From a virus (taxonomy: Duplodnaviria; Caudoviricetes), in the IMG/VR virus record IMGVR_UViG_3300044724_004958, positions 1 through 24,724 of that record: a DNA stretch of 24,724 nt. The stretch is one strand, 5' to 3'. Shown here piece after piece: positions 7,903 to 17,501 of this stretch; within the stretch, counting starts at the first letter, position 1; every line of letters begins with the position of its first letter. A model generated the notes under the pieces. That model saw nothing but the letters and a program-made list of their open reading frames with translations, ran no database searches and was not told the DNA's origin. Made by a program: the position numbers and the translations under genes.

Positions 7903-9807
7903 TTATCCGAACTGACCTACGACTTCTTCGAACTCGACACCAGTTCTAACAGCAACAAAGTTGAGCTGAATAAAGTTGATCGAGCGGGCTGGTTTGACGT
8001 AAATGTCTCCGACAAACTCATTTCGATCAATAATTTCTGGAGTGTTGTTTGTTTCGTCACAAACTACTCGGAAATCAGTGATACCTCGTCGACCCTGTAC
8101 ATCTCTCAGGAAGGGCTCAACCAAATTGACAAACTGTGCTCTTGTAAATTCATCGTTGAATTCGAACAGGCTTTGTCTAGCTGCGATTGCAATTGCTTTT
8201 TCAAGGACAATAAACAATCGACGTACATTGATTCGATCAAATGCACTTGGGTATCCAAGCAACGTCTTATCACCAAACAGGATTGTACCTTCGCCTGGGA
8301 ATGTCGTTACTGGGTTAATACCATTCTTGTACAGTTGATCACGCTCGGTCTTATTAGGGTTAAATGCAAGACTTACTACGTTCTTGATTCGACCACGACT
8401 TAAACCAGCTGGCGAATACCATGGATCTCGAACTTCATCTGTACGAGCCATTGTACCAGCAGTATCACCGTTTAATGGTACCCAACGATACTGATCGTTG
8501 TACTTATCGTACTGATACTTGTATCCACTATCCAGCACAGCATAAGATGTCGATGGAAGAGTGTTTCTAAACGAAATAATATCGTCGATCTCTGCAGATG
8601 CATAAGACGTGTTGTTAACTACATCAGCCTGTTCAGGTGAGATGCACACAACACAGTCTTTCCTGTATTCAGCAATGTTGTTGATCAAATGTACTGCTGT
8701 AGCAGACGTAGATGATCCAGCAAGAAGCAATGAAATGTCAACTTCTTCAGATGACTTAAACAAGTCGTAAGCAGTTTGATACTGGCCTGGTGTACCAGCC
8801 GAACCATCAGCACCTGAAGCTAGCGATCTAGTAATAGGAGTGTTGCCACCACCGAATGCTGTACCAGCTGCAGCAGAACCTGCGCTAGTTACACCTGATG
8901 GATGACCTGCCCACCACAAATACTGAGACTGTCTATTCAATACCTCTTTATAGTAGTTGGTTGATCCGTCTTCATTTTTGGCATCAGAGGCTTTAGATAC
9001 AGCATCAAATACTTCAATTACTTGATTTTTGACATTAGTCCACTCACCGTCTTCGTCGACAACTACAATGTGCATCTGGTCATTTCTACCACCACGTGTT
9101 GTTGTCCATGGCGAGGTGCCTGGTGCAGCAGTTACAAAATTGTAGTACTCCCATCGGCGATTGAGTGCAGTTGAGTTGTTTACAGTGTTACCTGTGTAAG
9201 ACGTAGTCAATACAGCAGAAAGACCATCAGCTGCTACAGTAGACACTTTGTAAATGTCTTTGTCAGGACCTAACTGCAACAAGTCACCTGATGTGATTGT
9301 TAACGCTTGGTTAGCTGAGAATACAACACCGTTGTTGCCGTTAACTACCGTGTAGTTACCAGATAGTGTAGATTCAAAAGCTGTGTTGCTTGGGCAGATT
9401 GAATACTTGAGCGAATTACCAAGTGCACCTGGGTACTTAGCAACTACGTCGCCTCCTCCAGAAATACCTGAAGAGTAATTAGCATTGTAATCTTCTTCGC
9501 TCTTAACAAGAATGGTAGCAGAGTTTGCGTTAGCATTCACCAAGCCAGTGTTGTTAATTCTAACGGTATGTAACGTATCTGAGTATGCTAAAAAGTTAGC
9601 AGCCGTGAAAAAGTCTTTAAAGTAAGTTCCGTTTGGCTTCTGGAACTGACCTACAAGCTGAGCTTCGGTGCTAATAAGAACACGTTGCTCAACTGGACCC
9701 CAACGGAACTGACCGGCAAAGCCGCCAGCTGTCGTTTGCACTGCAGGAACAATTGCGGTGAGATCGATCTCACTAGTATTGACTCCTGGAGAAATCTGGA
9801 AGGCCAT
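7903..9807 (-). CDS. gp18: Contractile tail sheath protein, T4 gp18 family
   Basis: SPGV..SEIDLT, GQFRWGP, AKYPGALGN, YKYQYDKYND.YRWVPLNGD.AG, WYSPAG..RG, GDKT, SAFDRINVRRLF, KPARSINFIQLNFVAVRTGVEFEE. Confidence 0.98.
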   Translation of the reverse strand: MAFQISPGVNTSEIDLTAIVPAVQTTAGGFAGQFRWGPVEQRVLISTEAQLVGQFQKPNGTYFKDFFTAANFLAYSDTLHTVRINNTGLVNANANSATILVKSEEDYNANYSSGISGGGDVVAKYPGALGNSLKYSICPSNTAFESTLSGNYTVVNGNNGVVFSANQALTITSGDLLQLGPDKDIYKVSTVAADGLSAVLTTSYTGNTVNNSTALNRRWEYYNFVTAAPGTSPWTTTRGGRNDQMHIVVVDEDGEWTNVKNQVIEVFDAVSKASDAKNEDGSTNYYKEVLNRQSQYLWWAGHPSGVTSAGSAAAGTAFGGGNTPITRSLASGADGSAGTPGQYQTAYDLFKSSEEVDISLLLAGSSTSATAVHLINNIAEYRKDCVVCISPEQADVVNNTSYASAEIDDIISFRNTLPSTSYAVLDSGYKYQYDKYNDQYRWVPLNGDTAGTMARTDEVRDPWYSPAGLSRGRIKNVVSLAFNPNKTERDQLYKNGINPVTTFPGEGTILFGDKTLLGYPSAFDRINVRRLFIVLEKAIAIAARQSLFEFNDEFTRAQFVNLVEPFLRDVQGRRGITDFRVVCDETNNTPEIIDRNEFVGDIYVKPARSINFIQLNFVAVRTGVEFEEVVGQFG

Positions 9808-9838
9808 TTTTGTCTCCTCGTGGTTTTTGTTTCTCGTA

Positions 9839-9846
9839 TATTTATA
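9839..9846 (-). promoter_or_regulatory. T4-type late promoter TATAAATA for gp18-gp19
   Basis: Perfect motif just after the gp17 stop, about 32 nt upstream of the gp18 ATG; GAGGAG RBS at 9814-9819. Confidence 0.88.
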
Positions 9847-9850
9847 ATTT

Positions 9851-11482
9851 TCAGAAGTCTACGACGTCCTCTACATCATATTTGTAACCCAATGGACCAA
9901 CCGTATCATCTGCATGGTAAACATCGTGACCGTCATTAACTATACCAAATGGTAGAACATCATCTTCAATCATTTTTTGATTTTCTTGATATAGTCGACT
10001 GCGGACATCGTTATCGGTAAGTTCGATAAAGAAGTCTTGTCTTACTAACCACGAAAACAAAACGGCACACATTACTAGGTCATCGTGGTGACCTTCTTCA
10101 GCTTCATAGCTGTTTCTCTTATTTATGAAAACTGAAAGCTCCTGTAGTAAGTCGTAGTCGTTTAGTATTATCTTATTATTTTCTACTACGTCTTTTAGGT
10201 GAGAGCAACCGACTCTTTTAACAGTCTTGGTTGTTTTGACACCAAGTTGGATACGATGAGCAAAACCGCCACCTACTTGTTGCCCACCTCTACCTCTTAC
10301 GCTAGTAGATAGTATATTTTCATATTCAAGATCCTGTTGAATAATGCTTGCAACAGTTTCGCCAAGATCATTTAGTTCAACTAACACAAACGCATTGTTA
10401 TACATTGTAGCAGCATTTACAATAACGTCTGGATAGAACATTGGTGAGATCTCTTTCGATCTGTACTTGCCTACTACCTTGTATGGCATCTCAGTAACAT
10501 CAAACACTAAGAAAGCACTGTAGTCTAATCCCAAACCTCTAGCTGAGTCAACTGTTATTACGTATAATCTATCTGGTTTTGGTTTCTCGTAAATATCAAA
10601 TCCATTACGAGTTTTTATTGGATGGATGAAAGGTATTTGTGCTAGCTTTCGACCATCGATAAGTGTTGCTGTACTACCCAGAAACTCACATTCAAATTCT
10701 TGTCTGAACTGCTCCTCGCTAGTATTCTTGATTGTTTCCTTTTTCCATTTTTCATCTCTTCCGGGAACATCGGACCAATGCACACCATGTCTTACATAGT
10801 CGTTGTTGCCCTCCTCACTGTCTACCCAAATTTTATAGAACATATTCATTCCATTTGGAGTAGATGTAATTAGTACTTTAGTAGTCGTACCGGATGAAAT
10901 GGTTGGGAATACAGAAGCGAAGAACTCTTCTTGTAGATTGTTTGGTACAAACGCAAACTCATCAAGATAGATTAGGTTCTGAGATGTTCCTCGAATAGCA
11001 GACGATGATGTAGCAGAAGCAAGTATTTCTGAACCATTTTCTAGTTCAATGTTACCTTTGTTCCATTCTTTGACACCTTGCTGTAACCATTTAGGAAGGT
11101 GCTCGTATGCGTTTTGAATTCTACCTAGAATCTCTCTTGCTTGAGCAAGTTTGTTTGCAAGGATAGCAACACTATACTGTTCGTTAAACAAGACCTGCCA
11201 CAGAATGTATGCAGCTACTGTAGTTGTCTTACCAACCTGTCGAGGAAGTTTGCAAATTACGAATCTGTTATCGCCAAACTTCTGTACCATTTCTTCTTGA
11301 AAGGGCCAAAGGTCAAAGTTAACAAGACCATAATCAACGTGAACAATCTTTACATAAGTTCTAATGAAATATATGGGATCACGAGCACATTTAATGTACT
11401 CCTGCACTTGCTCCTGTGTATACTCAACAGGAACACCTACCTTTTTGAGGTTTTTGTTACCAAGATAGTTTTCTATAGCCAT
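9851..11482 (-). CDS. gp17: Terminase large subunit, T4 gp17 family
   Basis: YLGNKNLKK N-term, Walker A PRQVGKTT, Walker B LIYLDEFAF, TSTPNGMN.FY, QFRQEFECEF, nuclease motifs VDSARGLGLDYSAF and HDDLVM; uninterrupted. Confidence 0.98.
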   Translation of the reverse strand: MAIENYLGNKNLKKVGVPVEYTQEQVQEYIKCARDPIYFIRTYVKIVHVDYGLVNFDLWPFQEEMVQKFGDNRFVICKLPRQVGKTTTVAAYILWQVLFNEQYSVAILANKLAQAREILGRIQNAYEHLPKWLQQGVKEWNKGNIELENGSEILASATSSSAIRGTSQNLIYLDEFAFVPNNLQEEFFASVFPTISSGTTTKVLITSTPNGMNMFYKIWVDSEEGNNDYVRHGVHWSDVPGRDEKWKKETIKNTSEEQFRQEFECEFLGSTATLIDGRKLAQIPFIHPIKTRNGFDIYEKPKPDRLYVITVDSARGLGLDYSAFLVFDVTEMPYKVVGKYRSKEISPMFYPDVIVNAATMYNNAFVLVELNDLGETVASIIQQDLEYENILSTSVRGRGGQQVGGGFAHRIQLGVKTTKTVKRVGCSHLKDVVENNKIILNDYDLLQELSVFINKRNSYEAEEGHHDDLVMCAVLFSWLVRQDFFIELTDNDVRSRLYQENQKMIEDDVLPFGIVNDGHDVYHADDTVGPLGYKYDVEDVVDF

Positions 11483-11532
11483 ATGCTGTTGACTTTTTTT
11501 GGAACACTAGGATAATAGCCGGTGTAGCCGGA

Positions 11533-11994
11533 TTAAGATATATCTTTTAGATTATCCTTTAACATATTCTGTAGTTCGGTCGTAGACCCAACAAAGAGCG
11601 CGTTGGTTACGTTATTGGGACCTGACTGTATGTTTTCTTCTTGCTTTAGTTTCTTGACCTTCGCCTGTACTTCAAGCAAGTCTTTGTTTGCATCAGTAAG
11701 GGTCTTCATTAGAGATGCTACTACTTCGAAAGCCCTGGGATGTTCACTTGACTTAGCAATCTCTACTAACTCGTGGAGAGCGTGAGAACCATTTTCAATT
11801 ATGTCGTATAGATTCTCTCTAGCGTACCTGTAATCTGTGTCGATATCACCAGAGTGGTCTATATCTGCACGGTTGGTTAGTTGGTTTCTAGTTTCTACAG
11901 CTACAAGCTCACCTTTAGCCTCAGAGATGCTAGCTGTATCTTCAGGCATTCCAAACAGATCGTTTAGATTGCTTTCAAGTTTTGTTTTAGACAC
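11533..11994 (-). CDS. gp16: Terminase small subunit, T4 gp16 family (probable GTG start at 11994 rather than 12039)
   Basis: DYRYARENLYDIIENG..AL, SEHPRAFEV, NNVTNALFVGSTTELQ.ML motifs; GTG at 11994 overlaps the gp15 end and has GGTGG upstream. Confidence 0.93.
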   Translation of the reverse strand: MSKTKLESNLNDLFGMPEDTASISEAKGELVAVETRNQLTNRADIDHSGDIDTDYRYARENLYDIIENGSHALHELVEIAKSSEHPRAFEVVASLMKTLTDANKDLLEVQAKVKKLKQEENIQSGPNNVTNALFVGSTTELQNMLKDNLKDIS

Positions 11995-12814
11995 TATCAG
12001 TACCACCACCGAAGAACTGTTGATCTTCGATAAATCCATAATCGTCAGTACTACTTATCTGTTCTGGTGGCACAGTAATTGTTGAGTCGGATGTAGGTGT
12101 ACCGTTAGCTGTAAGGCCAGGCGTGGCAGTCAGTATAGACGATATGGCTGTAGAGTCACCAGCTGTAGTTTCGATGTTGGTTGTTGCAATAGCTCTTTTG
12201 ATAACACCCTGAGTTCTGACTGGACCAAACAAATATCCTTTCACTGTAAAGTTTAGAGTATGAATAAGAGCTCTTCTAGTCGAGAAGTCTCCTTCGTATG
12301 TGTCCTCCGTTGATATGTCGTTAAACACAACTGGAACATCCATCTTTAACTTTAACTCTGGAATAAGGTTTACACTGTTTGTCCATTCAGGTGTAAAGAA
12401 GGGAAGTATACCTTCAAGTATCTGTACACCATCATCTGCGTTCTTTACAAACACAGATAGTGCAATATTAATATCAAATGGTACAGGCGTGTACTGATAC
12501 TTTAGTTTGTCTTGATCAGTATATGTGTATACGTTTTTTATAGTAGAAGGTAGTTTACGCGTTGAATTGTAGTTCATCGACGTAATTTCGAAAGACATTC
12601 TAGGCAAAACAATTGCTACGTCGCGATCAAAGTTTGGATCTTGAGCAAGTCTTACTAGAAACTTTTCTTTTGGTCCATACGCAATAGGAACCCTTAATGT
12701 TTGGATTCTAGTGCCAGCAGTATTAAATCTTTGTACATCAATGTCGTTGAACATAGTTCCAAACATAATGATGTATTTTCTGATAATACTGTGATAGTAA
12801 GTATGTCCAAACAT
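11987..12814 (-). CDS. gp15: Tail sheath stabiliser / tail terminator, T4 gp15 family
   Basis: YYHSIIRKYIIMFGTMFNDI, VPIAYGPKEKFL, LPRMSFE, QILEGILPFFTP, YEGDFSTRR, FTVKGYLFGP. Confidence 0.96.
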   Translation of the reverse strand: MFGHTYYHSIIRKYIIMFGTMFNDIDVQRFNTAGTRIQTLRVPIAYGPKEKFLVRLAQDPNFDRDVAIVLPRMSFEITSMNYNSTRKLPSTIKNVYTYTDQDKLKYQYTPVPFDINIALSVFVKNADDGVQILEGILPFFTPEWTNSVNLIPELKLKMDVPVVFNDISTEDTYEGDFSTRRALIHTLNFTVKGYLFGPVRTQGVIKRAIATTNIETTAGDSTAISSILTATPGLTANGTPTSDSTITVPPEQISSTDDYGFIEDQQFFGGGTDSV

Positions 12815-13662
12815 TAGAACCTATCTACCTCACTGAACGGATTGGTCTCACTAAAGTCTAATATTGAATCAGCTTCAAACTGGAAGAACGTGTTATTAGC
12901 AGCTGGTGCAGTTGCTGTCATTTCAAATTCTTGTAGGATACTATCACCGTCTTCGCTCTTAATAATACCAGATCCATCTTCAAGAGTGAATTGGTATATT
13001 AACGTATTGAGACTAAAGTTATCCTCAATAGCATCAATAGTACTATCGCCAGTATTAATAGCTTCGCTACTGTACTCGTAAAGTTCGCAACGAAGATCAT
13101 AAGACTGCATTCTACCAAGCTGAAAATGTACAGGGCGGTCATCGACATACATTACTTCGAATATCTTGTCCATCATAGGGAAATAGATCAGATCTCCCTC
13201 TCTAGGACGGTTCAGGGTGTTTAAGTAGTCATCACCTTCCTGTACCCATGCTTCAGTTGCCGCATCTCCAGTTAAAAACTGTCGACTTGGTTCATTGTTG
13301 TCACCATCTTCAAAAACAAGATTGTAACCAACCTCGGTCATAAGTTTGGGAGACGTTAGAACTTGATCAAATCTCTTTCGAGATACCGTCAGTACTATTT
13401 GATCTCGTATCTCTAAACCAAACTTACTAAGAAACTGTCCATCACCCTCAAAGCCTTCCATGGACTTTAAGTACATCTCTATATTGATAGCTTCATTAAA
13501 TTGTGATAGTATATCTTCTCCAAACAGATGGTCATTCTTAACCAGCGTTCTTGGAAGATATTTTACATCGTGCCCGTATATCTTGATTGACTCAAGTATA
13601 AGGTCTTCAACGACGTCTTGCTCGCGAGCAAACCCATAATTGTTAAAATACTTATTTAACAT
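12814..13662 (-). CDS. gp14: Neck protein, T4 gp14 family
   Basis: EQDVVEDLILESIKIYGHDVKYLPR, FLSKFGLEIRD, RPREGDLIYFP, FQLG...YDLRCELYEYSSE, DFSETNPF. Confidence 0.96.
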   Translation of the reverse strand: MLNKYFNNYGFAREQDVVEDLILESIKIYGHDVKYLPRTLVKNDHLFGEDILSQFNEAINIEMYLKSMEGFEGDGQFLSKFGLEIRDQIVLTVSRKRFDQVLTSPKLMTEVGYNLVFEDGDNNEPSRQFLTGDAATEAWVQEGDDYLNTLNRPREGDLIYFPMMDKIFEVMYVDDRPVHFQLGRMQSYDLRCELYEYSSEAINTGDSTIDAIEDNFSLNTLIYQFTLEDGSGIIKSEDGDSILQEFEMTATAPAANNTFFQFEADSILDFSETNPFSEVDRF

Positions 13663-13663
13663 A

Positions 13664-14404
13664 TCAGCCGGTCATATCACTAACTGGAAGTGAGTAGCTC
13701 GATATCATTTCGTCTTCCAGTCGCCGTATTTCCTCAGTTGCTTCCTCCCAAATTTTTTGGCCATTAAATGTAAGGCCACCAGGCATTTGGAGACCCTCAA
13801 ATTTCTTTAAGTTTTCTCCCCACTGCCTTTTTATAAGAGAAGTAGTATATTGCATTAACCATCTATCTGACCACACATCTGTATATGTACCAGGATCGGT
13901 TATCTTATAGCAATCTACTATAATATAGTTGCCAGTAGTAACATCATTCCAAGACATATCAATATGCAGCTTATTAGTATGTCGATTAAACCTAATTGGC
14001 TGCTTTCCAACAAAAATTTCTTCTAACTGAGCAACGTGCCTCATTGCAGTAACGTAAGGTACATAGGTTGTGGAAGAAAAGTCAAACAGATCGTTTAAGT
14101 GTATTTGATAGCGTACGTTAAACAGATTAGATGTTTGTGTAGAATCGCCAACATCAAATACACCAACAACTCCAATATAAGAGTCGTCCAGAGTTATGTA
14201 CTTATTAGTTTTATCTGCTGCCGTTATTTGATGCTTTAGAAGAACTCGCTCAGTGCCATCAAAATGATAGTCTCTGTAATAAAGCAATGCTTCATCTATC
14301 CGGTCTTGTACCTGCTCTTCGTCCACATTGATGTCTACGACCGGCTTTCCTAACCTTCGCAAGCAATGTTCTTTAAGTTGGTCTCTGGAAGTTGGGATGG
14401 CCAT
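13664..14404 (-). CDS. gp13: Neck protein, T4 gp13 family
   Basis: LKEHCLRRLGKPVVDINV..EQVQDRIDEAL, YHFDG, WL.QY..SLIKRQWGENLKKFEGLQMPGG.TFNG. Confidence 0.96.
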   Translation of the reverse strand: MAIPTSRDQLKEHCLRRLGKPVVDINVDEEQVQDRIDEALLYYRDYHFDGTERVLLKHQITAADKTNKYITLDDSYIGVVGVFDVGDSTQTSNLFNVRYQIHLNDLFDFSSTTYVPYVTAMRHVAQLEEIFVGKQPIRFNRHTNKLHIDMSWNDVTTGNYIIVDCYKITDPGTYTDVWSDRWLMQYTTSLIKRQWGENLKKFEGLQMPGGLTFNGQKIWEEATEEIRRLEDEMISSYSLPVSDMTG

Positions 14405-14427
14405 AGATCACCTCTATTATTATGTAC

Positions 14428-14435
14428 TATTTATA
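14428..14435 (-). promoter_or_regulatory. T4-type late promoter TATAAATA for gp13-gp17
   Basis: Perfect motif about 24 nt upstream of the gp13 ATG; GAGGTG RBS at 14409-14414. Confidence 0.88.
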
Positions 14436-14465
14436 ACCATACCAATTTGTTACTCGTGTGGATAT

Positions 14466-14488
14466 AAAAAAGGCCCTGTTAAGGGCCT
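14466..14488 (-). terminator. Rho-independent terminator closing the accessory island
   Basis: Minus strand AGGCCCT-TAAC-AGGGCCT-TTTTT, about 18 nt after the stop of 14507..15547. Confidence 0.85.
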
Positions 14489-14506
14489 CTCAAAAAGTAA
14501 CTTTAA

Positions 14507-15547
14507 TTAAAATGACTGCCCCGCCGTGCCATATTTAATTGATGTGAGATTACCTACATCAGATGCAGGGGTATCTGATGCAAACGGGAATTTGCTAATT
14601 GTGTTGGTAGTGCCCCCCGGTTCGAATTGGCCACCCGATATGTATCCACTTGCTGTTGAAGATTGACCAGATCCCTGATCTGTTTTGCACAGTAACTCAC
14701 CAATATCACTAGCAGAGCTGTCTGATGCAAATGGAAATTTTTCGATTCTATCATTTTGTGGAGATACCGGCGGGAGTCCACTTCCTCCGGCCGCATATCC
14801 ATGAGTACTGGAATTTTGCCCAGCAATATATTTCCGGGAATATGTTAAGCTACCAATATTAGTTGCAGGAGTATCAGATGCAAATGGAAATTTATTTATA
14901 TTTTGAACGTGCGGACCGGGCCCGGTGCAACCACCTGAAACATATCCGTTTTGCCTTGATGAATTACCAACAGCACCCTCACCGCCGCTAGGAAAAGTAG
15001 CTACATCACTCGAACTAGCATCAACAGCAAATGGAAATTTTGCAATTGAATCGTGTATAGGCGATGCTGGGGTATTCCTTCCTCCACCTGATATATACCC
15101 ATTTTCTAACGAGGATTGACCAGATGAGTAACACCTGCTACTAGATATCTCACCCACATCAGTAGCGTTACCACCTGAAACAAAAGAGAATTTATCGATA
15201 TAATCAGCATTAGAATTAGAGTTACCACCTGATGTATAACCGCTTACTGTTGACGACTGACCTGAGGCATGTGCTCGACCAATAAACAAGTCACCTACAT
15301 CAGATGCAGGGGTATCTGATGCAAATGGAAACTTTTCTATTACATTAGAATATCTGGGAGGCGGCGAATCAATCGGATACGTATCACCTCCTGATACAAA
15401 TCCACACAATGTACCATATCCACCTGGTGTTCGAAGATCACAAAAAATACAGCCTACAGCCTCACCGGCAAATAATATGCCAGTTGGTGTCTGGCAGAAA
15501 CATCCTCCACCAAAACATACAACGTTTCCATCGATACAAATAGCCAC
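14507..15547 (-). CDS. Six-repeat Kelch-like beta-propeller protein with Cys-rich leader (paralog 3, most diverged)
   Basis: Six ~47-55 aa repeats GYxSGG-loop-IxKFPFAxD..ASDVGxL....GQSS; GG dipeptide and aromatic spacing recall Kelch blades; GTG start. Fold is inferred. Confidence 0.8.
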   Translation of the reverse strand: MAICIDGNVVCFGGGCFCQTPTGILFAGEAVGCIFCDLRTPGGYGTLCGFVSGGDTYPIDSPPPRYSNVIEKFPFASDTPASDVGDLFIGRAHASGQSSTVSGYTSGGNSNSNADYIDKFSFVSGGNATDVGEISSSRCYSSGQSSLENGYISGGGRNTPASPIHDSIAKFPFAVDASSSDVATFPSGGEGAVGNSSRQNGYVSGGCTGPGPHVQNINKFPFASDTPATNIGSLTYSRKYIAGQNSSTHGYAAGGSGLPPVSPQNDRIEKFPFASDSSASDIGELLCKTDQGSGQSSTASGYISGGQFEPGGTTNTISKFPFASDTPASDVGNLTSIKYGTAGQSF

Positions 15548-15562
15548 AGAAAATTTCCTTTT

Positions 15563-16495
15563 TTACGTATTTATAATTTTACTTCTAATAAACTCAGTTA
15601 TCTGTGAGATCTCTTGTTGGCTGAAATCCATAGTGTTTTGATTTAACCGATTTACAAACTCCCCATCACTATTGCTAAGTCGTATAGGGTTGTATACTGG
15701 ACAACTTCCTTCTTTACGAATAATGTTAAAGTACTCGGGATACGTATAATTTTTATCCACCGTACCACCCATAATTACTGTACCTGGTTTCTGCATTGCA
15801 TAGGCTACGTGCTGAGCACAACTATCAACTCCTACAAAGTAATCACAGTGCTTAACAAACGCAGGAAGTACTCTAAAATAAGGGTTCCAGTTATTGATAG
15901 GTATGTTCCTATCATCATTACTAAAAAACTGCTTAGCGCTTGCATATACGATTACAGCTATGTCTTGGATACCCTCACTAATCTGCATATAGTGCTGATG
16001 ACTAAGACTCCTGCTAGTATCATCAAATGGCTCACCATTCATGAACTTTACTGACGAACCATATGGTTGAAACACTACAACCTTTTTGTTTGGATGCTCT
16101 GCTCGTATTTGATCAAATATCTCTTGCGTCTGTTGCTCTTCGAAGTTACTTATATACAGGTTTGGTGTTTCCAAGTCACTATGATCACTGGTTTTGTTAA
16201 TAATCTCATCAAATGCCTCAATTAGATTAGTTTGTTGGTTATAAAACGAGTATAGAGTATAAGGTTCTGGTTCAACCACATTGTTATCTTTTATGTGTAA
16301 GTCAAACGTACCTTTTACATTGGCTTCGAACGATCTTTGTTGAAGCAGTGGGTGACTCCAAAATAAGTCAACCCACCCATGCACTAATACCTTGAAGTCA
16401 TCGTGAGGATTGAGCCTGTGGTACTTCTCTAAAGCAGGTATAGCAGTGACGACGCGTCCAGCACCACCACTGATCACAAAGGTTGTGTTTCTCAT
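15563..16495 (-). CDS. Glycosyltransferase, GT-B fold, GT9 (heptosyltransferase)-like
   Basis: N-term FVISGGAGRVVTAIPAL, VVVFQPYGS and CDYFVGVDSCAQHVAYAMQKPGTVIMGGT (the GT9 G.DS...H.A.A...P signature). Confidence 0.78.
   Translation of the reverse strand: MRNTTFVISGGAGRVVTAIPALEKYHRLNPHDDFKVLVHGWVDLFWSHPLLQQRSFEANVKGTFDLHIKDNNVVEPEPYTLYSFYNQQTNLIEAFDEIINKTSDHSDLETPNLYISNFEEQQTQEIFDQIRAEHPNKKVVVFQPYGSSVKFMNGEPFDDTSRSLSHQHYMQISEGIQDIAVIVYASAKQFFSNDDRNIPINNWNPYFRVLPAFVKHCDYFVGVDSCAQHVAYAMQKPGTVIMGGTVDKNYTYPEYFNIIRKEGSCPVYNPIRLSNSDGEFVNRLNQNTMDFSQQEISQITEFIRSKIINT
15568..15575 (-). promoter_or_regulatory. T4-type late promoter TATAAATA embedded in the last codons of the glycosyltransferase gene
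   Basis: Perfect motif 21 nt upstream of the propeller-3 GTG, matching the spacing of the other late promoters; AAGGA RBS between them. Confidence 0.72.
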
Positions 16496-16510
16496 AATAT
16501 AATCTCATTA

Positions 16511-17500
16511 TTAAATTTGTTGACCTGTAGGCTGAGTTCTCGCAACTGTAAGGTCACCCACATCGCTGGCAGGAGCGTTAGATGCAAATGGGAACTTATC
16601 AATAATGTCTGTCCGGACTGGGGACCCTCCACCAGATGTATAACCAGAAGCCGTTGACATTTGGCCTGAAGCGCCTTCTGTAGCACGAGATAATTCGCCA
16701 ACATCTTGGCGAGGAGGACCCGATGCAAACGGGAATCTTTCTACGGCATCCTGACTGCCTGACCCAGAATTACCACCTGACGTATATCCATGTGTTTCCG
16801 AACTTTGGCCCGCAACGTAATATCTGGCTGGACTAATATTACCTATACACGTAGCAGGGCTATCTGATGCAAATGGAAAAAAATCGACCCTTTGTTCTGT
16901 TCCGGTGCTAAAACCTTTACTCACATACCCGCATGTGGCTGATGATTGTCCTGCAGTCAATGCGCGTGTGTTAGTTAGTTCACCTACATCAGTCGCGTTA
17001 CTGTCTGAAGCAAAAGGAAACTTGTCAATATCAGTTCCAGGAGTAGGGGCCCCTGCGCAACCACCTGAGCTATATCCGTTGTTAAACGACGACTGTCCAG
17101 AGACCCCCCACCTTGCAACATTTAAATCACCAACATCAGTTGCATTAGTATCTGTTGCAAATGGAAACTTATCAATTGTGTTGAGATAAGGAGGAGTACC
17201 TCCTGAAGTATAACCAGACACAGTTGAAGATTGACCTGCTGCACCACGTCTAACTAAAGTGAGGTCACCTACATCAGTCGCGTTACTGTCTGAAGCAAAA
17301 GGAAACTTATCAATAACGTCAGTATGTGCTACGGGGCTTATTCCCCCTGAGGCATAACCAGACACCGAACCTTGCTGGAAAGGTTTAAATTCAAACCCAC
17401 TCTCAGCCTTAATTACACCAGGAAAGCTAAAACCAGGAGACGTATCACACATAGTGAAACTACCAAACTCCACGCAGCTTCCACAAATAGTAATTGCCAT
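16511..17500 (-). CDS. Six-repeat Kelch-like beta-propeller protein with Cys-rich leader (paralog 2)
   Basis: Six repeats GYxSGG..IDKFPFASD.NATDVGDL...AGQSS; leader MAITICGSCVEFG. Confidence 0.82.
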   Translation of the reverse strand: MAITICGSCVEFGSFTMCDTSPGFSFPGVIKAESGFEFKPFQQGSVSGYASGGISPVAHTDVIDKFPFASDSNATDVGDLTLVRRGAAGQSSTVSGYTSGGTPPYLNTIDKFPFATDTNATDVGDLNVARWGVSGQSSFNNGYSSGGCAGAPTPGTDIDKFPFASDSNATDVGELTNTRALTAGQSSATCGYVSKGFSTGTEQRVDFFPFASDSPATCIGNISPARYYVAGQSSETHGYTSGGNSGSGSQDAVERFPFASGPPRQDVGELSRATEGASGQMSTASGYTSGGGSPVRTDIIDKFPFASNAPASDVGDLTVARTQPTGQQI

Positions 17501-17501
17501 G

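Noticed and set aside
5181-11482. Introns, inteins or homing endonucleases in gp17, gp18 or gp20
   Set aside because: The ORFs are continuous and of typical length, with no intein termini or HNH, GIY-YIG or LAGLIDADG motifs visible.
14557-14580. Inverted repeat CATCAGAT...ATCTGATG in propeller 3
   Set aside because: It follows from two Ala-Ser-Asp codon runs (GCA TCW GAT G), which are intrinsically palindromic.
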